Shown in pieces: positions 22,714 through 29,063 of a DNA stretch of 32,000 nucleotides; position 1 is the stretch's first letter; every line of letters starts with the position of its first letter. The stretch comes from Candidatus Saccharimonadota bacterium (GTDB taxonomy: Bacteria; Patescibacteriota; Saccharimonadia; Saccharimonadales; Saccharimonadaceae). A program made the position numbers and the translations under genes. The notes under the pieces are model-generated. The model was not told the DNA's origin. It ran no database searches and saw only the letters and a list, made by a program, of their open reading frames with translations. The stretch spans positions 600,001-632,000 of the forward strand of contig CP011211.1 of NCBI GenBank assembly GCA_001029695.1. The letters are read 5' to 3'.

Positions 22714-22742
22714 ATATTAGCAGAGCGGATAGGTGATGTCAA
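22714..22742 (-). promoter_or_regulatory. Consensus sigma70 promoter of the R-M super-operon, leaderless (TTGACA-17-TAATAT-6-ATG)
   Basis: On the minus strand the sequence is agagTTGACAtcacctatccgctctgcTAATATcgtgacATGATGGAG. Confidence 0.7.
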
Positions 22743-22764
22743 CTCTGACGTGACTGTACAGCAA

Positions 22765-23409
22765 TCATATGATACTTTTATAGCATTCTTGCGTTATTAC
22801 AACATGATCAATCAGCTCAATGCCGAGCAATTCGCCTGCATCTTTCAGCCTTTTTGTGACTTCTCTATCCGCTTGGCTCGGCTCAAGATTTCCGCTCGGA
22901 TGATTGTGCGCCACGACTATGGATGCTGCGCGATCGGCTATGGCTTCGGCAAAGACTTCGCGCGGATGAACCAAGCTAGCAGTGAGCGTGCCAATGGTGA
23001 TGATGCGTTTGGCGATGAGTCGATTGGCGCCGTCTAGTGTGAGGCAGACGAAGTATTCTTGTTTTTTGTCACGGATATCGACGAGTTGCTCGACTGCCTT
23101 TTCGGGGCTGTCGATGATCGGCCGCTCGGAAACTTCGAACTGCCGCCGCCATAACTCAAACCCGGCCATAATATTTGTTGCTTTTGCTGGGCCAAGGCTT
23201 TTGACATTGAGTAAATCTTCGTAAGCTAGCTCGCTACCTTTTTCTTTCAGTAATTTTTGCACCTCGCGAGCAAGCTTAGTCACATCAGCGTACTGTGTGC
23301 CGCTGCCGATTATCGCCATCAAAAGTTCGTAGTCACTCAAAGCCTCAGCACCTCGCGCCTGGAGCTTCTCCCTTGGTCGTAAGTCTTTGCGACGATCCGA
23401 CATCTTCAT
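22765..23409 (-). CDS. radC: RadC-like JAB/MPN domain protein
   Basis: ORF 22765..23457 trimmed to ATG 23409 (MKMSDRRKDLRPREKL...), which has TATACT (23416-23421) 6 nt upstream. The JAMM motif is VVAHNHPSGNLEPSQAD, with an N-terminal HhH-like ELLMAIIGSG. Confidence 0.85.
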   Translation of the reverse strand: MKMSDRRKDLRPREKLQARGAEALSDYELLMAIIGSGTQYADVTKLAREVQKLLKEKGSELAYEDLLNVKSLGPAKATNIMAGFELWRRQFEVSERPIIDSPEKAVEQLVDIRDKKQEYFVCLTLDGANRLIAKRIITIGTLTASLVHPREVFAEAIADRAASIVVAHNHPSGNLEPSQADREVTKRLKDAGELLGIELIDHVVITQECYKSII

Positions 23410-23484
23410 ATTTGCAGTATATACCTTGTTTACTATTTGCTCTAGTCGTTGCGGCATTTTCTAAAAGCGCTTCAAGACCACGCA

Positions 23485-24405
23485 CTACTGATTGATATCG
23501 TAACTCTGCTGGATGAGGTTCATTACATAATCGAGATCGTCGCCAGGTCGAACCTCTATTTCGTAGTCCCCATTTCCAAGATGCCCTATGTGAACCGGTG
23601 TCTCTAAGTCTCTCGCAATACCCCTTGGGTCTTCTATTGTTCCGGTTTTAATATTTACAAATACCTTCAACTTAGCCTTCTGAATAATTATATCGGTGAA
23701 GTTTCGTGTAGTTTTGTATGCTATGTAATATTTCTTGGGATCCTCAATAATTTCTTTGTCGATTGCCAGTATTCTCTCCTTAAGCGCCTCGAACAGCTCC
23801 TTGGTTTGGTCGCTTGACATCGCCAGGTGGTGATCCAGAGTAAATGTCTCCTGTAGCTTCTCAGGTTTGCCGGATTCCGCTGAAAACTTCGGTGCGTCCT
23901 GCAACTTCACCTTCTGATAGTTTTCGGTGTCGAGCGTTAGCAAGCCATCGTCATATAGCTTGTATCGATATAGCTCGATGTTAATTGGCAATAAGTCGGC
24001 CGTGTCTGTGTCGAACTTGTTGTAGCTCTCGGCTACACAAATCACTCGCGGTGCGGCCCATTGAATGGCAATCGTAATGTTCTTTTCATTGCAAAGCTTC
24101 TCAAAACTATCTTTATGGTCAAGCAGCCAGCGAAGATACGACAAGCCTTGGTTGATTACGTTCTCGTTATGTCCCTTTTTGTACTCGATAATACACGGAT
24201 TACCTTCATCATCGATGCCAAGCGTGTCCATACGACCACCAAAACTCGTCGAATATTCACTTGCTAAAAAGTGAACGCCAAGTAGCTCGTGAAGACTAGC
24301 TTCGAAGATACGCTGGACGTCTCGTTCAAGAATTCGTTTGCCGTTTAAGTTCGTGATTGGTTTCAGCCGAGAGGCGTTATTGTTAGATACTTTGAATAAA
24401 CTCAT
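23485..24405 (-). CDS. PD-(D/E)xK nuclease (NucS/DUF91-like) with a C-terminal domain of DUF5655 type
   Basis: In the 306-aa ORF, GRMDTLGIDDEGNPCIIEYKKG supplies D...ExK. The C-terminal half (YYIAYKTTRNFTDIIIQKAKLKVFVNI...) looks like the DUF5655 family as I remember it. Confidence 0.65.
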   Translation of the reverse strand: MSLFKVSNNNASRLKPITNLNGKRILERDVQRIFEASLHELLGVHFLASEYSTSFGGRMDTLGIDDEGNPCIIEYKKGHNENVINQGLSYLRWLLDHKDSFEKLCNEKNITIAIQWAAPRVICVAESYNKFDTDTADLLPINIELYRYKLYDDGLLTLDTENYQKVKLQDAPKFSAESGKPEKLQETFTLDHHLAMSSDQTKELFEALKERILAIDKEIIEDPKKYYIAYKTTRNFTDIIIQKAKLKVFVNIKTGTIEDPRGIARDLETPVHIGHLGNGDYEIEVRPGDDLDYVMNLIQQSYDINQ

Positions 24406-24456
24406 AATTTCGTATATTATCTCACTTTTCGCTAGACTTTACTACTGTTAGGCGGT

Positions 24457-25746
24457 ATGTTGTTGCTTGCAATGGAAACACAAGCACCTCAACTAAAATA
24501 TTGCCTCTACGCACGAAAGTCGTCTGAATCCGACGAACGTCAGGCTATGAGCATTGATTCACAACTGACTGAGATGCGGGCACTTGCTGTAAACGAAGGC
24601 TTAAATGTCGTATGTGAACTACAAGAAAGTCACTCAGCAAAAGACTCGGGCAAGCGGCCAGTGTATAACCAAATGCTCGCCGGAATAGCGAATGATGAAT
24701 ATAACGCCGTACTCACCTGGGCACCAGACCGCCTCAGCCGAAACGCTGGCGACTTAGGTTCAGTAGTAGACCTGATGGACCAACATAAGCTACTTCACAT
24801 CCGTACTTATTCGCAAACATTTACCAATAGCCCGAACGAGAAGTTCTTGCTCATGATCCTCTGTTCGCAAGCCAAGCTTGAGAATGACAACAAAAGCATC
24901 AACGTAAAACGCGGAATACGCATGAAGTGTGAAATGGGCTGGCGCCCTGGAGTTGCTCCGCTTGGTTATATGAACCGTGCTTTCGCTGGAGTAAACGATA
25001 TTATTCTCGATCCAGATCGAGCAGAGCTCATTACTGAAGCTTTCCAAAAGGCAGGATACGAGCGCTGGAGTGGTCGAAGAATAAAAGCATGGCTCGATGA
25101 ACAGGGCTTCACAAACCGTTCAGGTAAACCAATTAGTGTTAGTCAGATACTAGTTATTCTCATGACCCCGTTCTATTATGGCAAATTCCAATACCCCGAA
25201 GCACCTGATGCACCGTGGTACACAGGCGCTCATAAGCCCCTCATATCCAAGGAACTATTCGACCTCGTCCAAGAAACACGAGGAGTATATAAGGGCGTAT
25301 GGGGTTCAAAGACATTCGCCTTCAGGGGTATGCTCAAGTGTGGGCAATGCGATGCAGACATAACCGCACAGGACAAGTTTAAGCTGCTAAAAAGCGGTGA
25401 TACAAAGCGATTCGTCTACTACAACTGTACTCGTCGTAAAGATCCGGATTGCAAAGAGAAATACGTCAATGAGGAGAAGCTTTGTGAGCTATTGCAGGCC
25501 TTCATCGAGCAACATCACCAAAAAATGGCTATTGAAGAAAAGCTACGTGCGAAAGTAGATAAACATTTCTACGTCACCAAAACCCTACTAAATCATTACA
25601 AGATCGACAGAGATCTTGATAACCCATTCGTTGAGTATTCAAGATACATACTTGCGAGCGGTACGGAGGGCGATAGGATTAGATTCGCCTCTGGGATCAA
25701 GACAAAGCTCCAAATACGGCACGGTGAACTTGAGTTCTACGCATAA
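24457..25746 (+). CDS. Large serine recombinase (resolvase + recombinase + zinc-ribbon domains)
   Basis: The 429-aa ORF has an alternative start at ATG 24472. The N-terminus YCLYARKSSESDERQAMSIDSQ is the serine-recombinase catalytic region. A recombinase domain follows (WSGRRIKAWLDEQGFTNRSGKPISVSQILVILMTPFYYGKFQY), then a Cys4 ribbon CGQCDADITAQ...YYNCTRRKDPDC. Confidence 0.88.
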   Translation: MLLLAMETQAPQLKYCLYARKSSESDERQAMSIDSQLTEMRALAVNEGLNVVCELQESHSAKDSGKRPVYNQMLAGIANDEYNAVLTWAPDRLSRNAGDLGSVVDLMDQHKLLHIRTYSQTFTNSPNEKFLLMILCSQAKLENDNKSINVKRGIRMKCEMGWRPGVAPLGYMNRAFAGVNDIILDPDRAELITEAFQKAGYERWSGRRIKAWLDEQGFTNRSGKPISVSQILVILMTPFYYGKFQYPEAPDAPWYTGAHKPLISKELFDLVQETRGVYKGVWGSKTFAFRGMLKCGQCDADITAQDKFKLLKSGDTKRFVYYNCTRRKDPDCKEKYVNEEKLCELLQAFIEQHHQKMAIEEKLRAKVDKHFYVTKTLLNHYKIDRDLDNPFVEYSRYILASGTEGDRIRFASGIKTKLQIRHGELEFYA

Positions 25747-25801
25747 GCGCGTATACTTTTGTATTTTGTTCTATTTAGGTAGTTAGCGCACCTTGACTTA
25801 C

Positions 25802-26089
25802 TTAGAAATCGAACAAATCTCCTAAGAATGATTCTTTGCGCTTTTTGCGTGGATAACTTTGGTTAGAGCCGCTCTGATTACCGTGCTTGTCATATTGCTG
25901 CGATGGGTAGTTTGGTTCCTGGTAAGGTTGCTGCGCCTGAGCTGCTGGAGCCTGAGCAGTACCTCGTTCAATGATTTTGTCTAATTCACCACGATCAAGC
26001 CATACGCCTCGACACTTTGGGCAATAATCGATTTCGACACCTTGTCGGTCAGTCATAACTAAATCTGTTTTATCTATTGGACATTGCAT
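25802..26089 (-). CDS. Zn-ribbon protein (zf-TFIIB-like, CPxC...CPKCxGxWLDxGEL) with a Gln/Pro-rich tail
   Basis: The 95-aa ORF begins MQCPIDKTDLVMTDRQGVEIDYCPKCRGVWLDRGELDKIIE. A GGGAG SD is present, and it is the last gene of the ATPase operon. Confidence 0.75.
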   Translation of the reverse strand: MQCPIDKTDLVMTDRQGVEIDYCPKCRGVWLDRGELDKIIERGTAQAPAAQAQQPYQEPNYPSQQYDKHGNQSGSNQSYPRKKRKESFLGDLFDF

Positions 26090-26101
26090 ATATTTTCTCC
26101 C

Positions 26102-28009
26102 TTACTTTTTAATTATAGCAACTTCGTTACCGCCAGCATTGAATAGCCTTAGGCCGTTGAGCACTACTAGGATAGCCATAATTGCGTCAACTGCCACGGC
26201 TACACTCAGCCCGATGACTCCTGCGATACCGAGTACCAAGATGATCCCCTTTACGATGAGTGACCCATAGACATTTTGGCGCACAACCCTGAAGGTTTGC
26301 TGACCAACCCCTAACAGGTATGGGATAGTGCCGATAGCATCGTTCATCAGCGTCACGTCGGCCGTTTCAATGGCTACATCTGATCCTCCACCCCCCATGG
26401 CAATACCAACGTCAGCCCGGGCTAGTGAAGGTGCATCATTGACGCCGTCACCTACCATGGCGACCCGTCCATAACGAGATTGTAGCTTGATGATTAGCTC
26501 AGACTTTTGCTCGGGTAGCAAAGCTCCATAGGCTTCGCTGATACCAACCTTTTCTGCGATATAATTTGCCGCCCTTTGATTGTCACCTGTTAGCATCACT
26601 GGTGTGACTTTCAGCTTCTTTAGGGCATCGATAACACCTTTTGAATCACTCCGAAGCTCGTCTGTAATACCGATAATACCAATCACTTTTTTATCTTCGC
26701 TGACCAGCACGGCGGTCATACCCATTCCTTCAAGACGCTCAACCTCAGGTAGTACATGGTCGCAGGTATCAGCGCTGGCACCAATATGTTGCAAGTTGCC
26801 TATTGCATGTTCTTTTGAATCGCACACCAAGCAGTTAGCATTACCGCCACGTCCAGCGACATTCTTGAATTTATCCATCTTGTGCGGCATGATGCCTTTT
26901 TGTTTTGCATAATCCTCAATAGCCTTAGCTAGTGGATGTGACGAGAACTTTTCAATACCGGCGGCATCACCTATAACATCTTCTTCTGTGGCGCCGTGCA
27001 GAAGTACCACCTCCGCAACTACTGGCGTACCAACAGTCAACGTTTTTGTTTTATCGAATGCTATCGCCCTAGTCTTACTTAAAACTTCCAGGAAGCGGCC
27101 ACCTTTAATGAGTACACCCCTCTTTGAAGCGCCGCCGATAGCTGCCGCCACCGCAACTGGAGCAGATACAACCAGTGCGTCTGGACACGCTAATACCAAT
27201 AAAATGAGTGCCCTGGTAAACCAATCGCTAAACGGCTCGCCGAAAAAGACGGGCGGAATAATAGCCACCAAAATAGCGAGGCCTATCGCAGATGGAATGT
27301 AGTATCCAGCAAACTTGTCCAAGAATTCCTGAACTTCTGGACGGGATCTTTGGGCTTCTTCAATTAACGTGACTATTTTCTGCAGCGTACTGTCGGCGGC
27401 TATTTTAGTAACTTTGACCTCCAGATAACCACTTTGGTTCATCGTTCCGGCGTAAACCGTCTCACCCTTGTACTTTTCTTTGGGTACGCTTTCGCCGGTA
27501 ATTGTCGCCTCGTCGATTGACGATTCGCCGTCAATAACTACTCCGTCGAGCGGCACCATGTCGCCAGGTCTGACTTTAAATATTTCGCCCTCTTTGACTT
27601 CTTCGACTGGAACTTCGCGCCCGTCTTGCATCCTGGCGATCTTTGGAGACTTTTCAAGTAAGGCGGCCACGGCCTTTTGTGACCTCGCCTCGCCGAACTC
27701 CTCAAAAGCCTCGGCAAGCGCGAAAAAGAACATGACGGCGGCGGCCTCTGCGAACTGCCCAAGATATAATGCCCCGAGGGCGGCAATGGTGACCAGCAAA
27801 CTAATGGAAATTTTTCGCTTCAGGACTTTACGAACAGCCGATATTGCAACTGGTATTCCACCAGCTGCCAATGAGACGAGATACAGTGCTTCGGCTCCGG
27901 GTAGTTTGAGTAGACTGAAAGCCAACCCTCCAATAAAACTGACGGCTGCCACCGCAGTTAAAACTTTATTCAAGCGTTCTTGCTTGGAATCTTGATGTTC
28001 AACACTCAC
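26102..28009 (-). CDS. P1B-type heavy-metal-translocating P-type ATPase (no N-terminal HMA domain; variant signature motifs)
   Basis: The 635-aa ORF has a GTG start abutting the upstream TAG. Motifs are TGES (ITGESVPKEK), TM6 ACPDAL (CPx variant), phosphorylation loop FDKTKTLT (canonical DKTGT) and hinge MVGDGVNDAPSLA. Confidence 0.88.
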   Translation of the reverse strand: MSVEHQDSKQERLNKVLTAVAAVSFIGGLAFSLLKLPGAEALYLVSLAAGGIPVAISAVRKVLKRKISISLLVTIAALGALYLGQFAEAAAVMFFFALAEAFEEFGEARSQKAVAALLEKSPKIARMQDGREVPVEEVKEGEIFKVRPGDMVPLDGVVIDGESSIDEATITGESVPKEKYKGETVYAGTMNQSGYLEVKVTKIAADSTLQKIVTLIEEAQRSRPEVQEFLDKFAGYYIPSAIGLAILVAIIPPVFFGEPFSDWFTRALILLVLACPDALVVSAPVAVAAAIGGASKRGVLIKGGRFLEVLSKTRAIAFDKTKTLTVGTPVVAEVVLLHGATEEDVIGDAAGIEKFSSHPLAKAIEDYAKQKGIMPHKMDKFKNVAGRGGNANCLVCDSKEHAIGNLQHIGASADTCDHVLPEVERLEGMGMTAVLVSEDKKVIGIIGITDELRSDSKGVIDALKKLKVTPVMLTGDNQRAANYIAEKVGISEAYGALLPEQKSELIIKLQSRYGRVAMVGDGVNDAPSLARADVGIAMGGGGSDVAIETADVTLMNDAIGTIPYLLGVGQQTFRVVRQNVYGSLIVKGIILVLGIAGVIGLSVAVAVDAIMAILVVLNGLRLFNAGGNEVAIIKK

Positions 28010-28294
28010 CTAACTATTTCCGCCTGTTATAAATTGTAGTGGGTTAGCAATAACCTGCTTCCACAAAGCATTAATAAAATCGAGAGCATAGTTCCATAAC
28101 GATGTGATGATATTTCCGATATTTTGCCCAATGTTAGTATCGGCTTGGCCAAGCAGTGCATTAATAATAGCTATGATGATAACTCCTACAATTACTAATA
28201 TCACAAGCAATATAATACCGACGAGCAGTAAAGCAATGAATAATTTCCTTTTATTCTTGCCCCTAAACATATCTAACTTATATCCGTGGCCCAT
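28010..28294 (-). CDS. Small membrane protein in the ATPase operon, unknown function
   Basis: The 94-aa ORF has a long hydrophobic segment, LFIALLLVGIILLVILVIVGVIIIAIINALL. An AAGGGGA SD is present. It lies between the arsR-like gene and the ATPase with no gaps. Confidence 0.55.
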   Translation of the reverse strand: MGHGYKLDMFRGKNKRKLFIALLLVGIILLVILVIVGVIIIAIINALLGQADTNIGQNIGNIITSLWNYALDFINALWKQVIANPLQFITGGNS

Positions 28295-28312
28295 TAGTGT
28301 CCCCTTTTGATT

Positions 28313-28640
28313 TTATTCATGTTCGCCACCCCTAATGTGATCGGCTTGGGTAAAAGCATGTTCGATCAGGTGTAATACGTGTTCGTTTTCTGCCTTATAG
28401 AATATTTTTGTACCCTCGCGCCGCATGCTTACCATATGCGATATCCGTAGTTTGGCGAGATGCTGCGAAACAACGGATGGTTGCATACCCACTTCATCCG
28501 CAAGCTCTCCAACTGAATGTTCGCCGTGCAGTAATGACCACAGTCATTTTAAGTCGTGTCGGGTCGCTAACTAGCTTAAACATAGCAGTAGCTACAGCGA
28601 TTTGTTCATTAGAAACTTCTTTGCGTATATGCGCAGGCAT
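28313..28640 (-). pseudogene. ArsR/SmtB-family metalloregulator interrupted by a +1 frameshift near 28544-28546
   Basis: Not in the ORF track. Frame A from ATG 28640 reads MPAHIRKEVSNEQIAVATAMFKLVSDPTRLKM. Frame B continues LWSLLHGEHSVGELADEVGMQPSVVSQHLAKLRISHMVSMRREGTKIFYKAENEHVLHLIEHAFTQADHIRGGEHE*. The length is 328 nt (3n+1). The expected ...RLKILWSLL... is restored by deleting the g in aaaatGactg. TATAAT lies 6 nt upstream of the ATG. Confidence 0.75.
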
Positions 28641-28718
28641 GCATATATTATATCAGATTTAGTCTTTTTTTAGCATCGTGTTATTTTATAAAGTTGTTTA
28701 TGAAGCTTTAAACCAGGG

Positions 28719-28787
28719 GCAGGTCTAGGGAACGGGTCAGCCTTTTGGCTGCTTGCTCCCTCAAGACGGGACGAGCTGGACTAGAAC
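28719..28787. repeat. Degenerate duplicate (R1) of the tRNA-Asn trailer plus the 3' part of the tRNA
   Basis: R1 reads GCAGGTCTAGGgAACgGGTCaGCcTTTTggCTGCTTGcTCC...GAGCTGGaCTaGAAC. R2 (28894-28958) reads GCAGGTCTAGG-AACtaGGTCtGCaCTTTTctCTGCTTGgTCtggCTCC..CAGCTGGgCTcGAAC. Confidence 0.5.
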
Positions 28788-28800
28788 TAAGTAACAGAGG

Positions 28801-28833
28801 TGAAATGAAAGAACCGCCATTTCTGACGGTTCC
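28801..28833 (-). terminator. Possible minus-strand terminator downstream of tRNA-Asn
   Basis: On the minus strand the sequence is GGAACCGtcagaaatggCGGTTCtttcatttca. Confidence 0.4.
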
Positions 28834-28893
28834 AACATTTCGTACTTTGTAATCAGCACTTTTTTTCTTGGCGGACCAAGGAGAGAAGTTAGC

Positions 28894-28958
28894 GCAGGTC
28901 TAGGAACTAGGTCTGCACTTTTCTCTGCTTGGTCTGGCTCCGGCAGCTGGGCTCGAAC
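28894..28958. repeat. R2: tRNA-Asn trailer + 3' part of the tRNA (partner of R1)
   Basis: See R1. On a plus-strand RNA, GCAGGUCUAG-gaa-CUAGGUCUGC would fold using two G-U pairs, but its minus-strand complement would not fold. Confidence 0.5.
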
Positions 28959-29009
28959 CAGCGACCTAATCGTTAACAGCGATCCGCTCTACCACTGAGC
29001 TATGCCGGA
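28935..29009 (-). tRNA. tRNA-Asn (anticodon GTT), CCA encoded
   Basis: The minus-strand sequence is TCCGGCA-TA-GCTC-AGTGGTA-GAGC-G-GATCG-CTGTTAA-CGATT-AGGTC-GCTGG-TTCGAGC-CCAGC-TGCCGGA-G-CCA. This gives a full cloverleaf with a 7-bp acceptor stem and a GTTCGAGC T-loop. Confidence 0.93.
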
Positions 29010-29020
29010 GTACAAAGGAA

Positions 29021-29050
29021 ATTATACCTGAGCTCACCCCTCTTGGTCAA
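29021..29050 (-). promoter_or_regulatory. tRNA-Asn promoter (TTGACC-18-TATAAT)
   Basis: On the minus strand the sequence is cTTGACCaagaggggtgagctcaggTATAATttcctttgtac followed by the tRNA. The -35 lies inside an inverted repeat, CCCTCTTG/CAAGAGGG (29038-29055). Confidence 0.6.
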
Positions 29051-29063
29051 GAGGGTGCGGCAA

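Larger units (their letters stand above)
8051..25790. mobile_element. Integrative defence island of about 17.7 kb with a large serine recombinase at its right end (boundaries approximate)
   Basis: The left edge abuts the truncated Clp gene. The right edge lies within 55 bp after the recombinase stop. The cargo is type I R-M, an OLD nuclease, RhuM, RadC, PD-(D/E)xK nucleases and a HEPN protein. No att repeats were identified. Confidence 0.6.

Noticed and set aside
28541-28550. Programmed +1 ribosomal frameshift in the ArsR-family gene
   Set aside because: The site (CUU AAA AUG A CUG) lacks a known +1 shifty motif, a rare or stop codon in the 0 frame at the site, or an upstream SD-like stimulator. 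A mutation or sequencing error is more parsimonious.
28408-28662. Plus-strand 84-aa ORF
   Set aside because: It is antisense to the frameshifted ArsR-family gene, whose two frames together give a full-length, motif-bearing regulator.
28711-28765. SRP (4.5S) RNA or tmRNA 5'-end look-alike: ACCAGGGGCAGGTCTAGGGAACGGGTCAGCC resembles E. coli ACCAGGUCAGGUCCGGAAGGAAGCAGCC
   Set aside because: The conserved 3' side of the symmetric loop (AGCA) is absent, and the GGAA tetraloop lacks a proper closing stem. The following sequence folds on itself (CAGCC-UUUU-GGCUG) instead of forming helix 8 or helix 5. For tmRNA, no T-arm/ACCA 3' end is available downstream. The segment is better explained as a duplicate of the tRNA-Asn trailer.
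28751-28835. A second tRNA gene on the minus strand (T-loop-like GTTCTAGTCCAGC)
   Set aside because: There is no complementary 5' acceptor strand, no D-arm or anticodon arm, and the T-stem 5' strand is missing. It is only a degenerate fragment.
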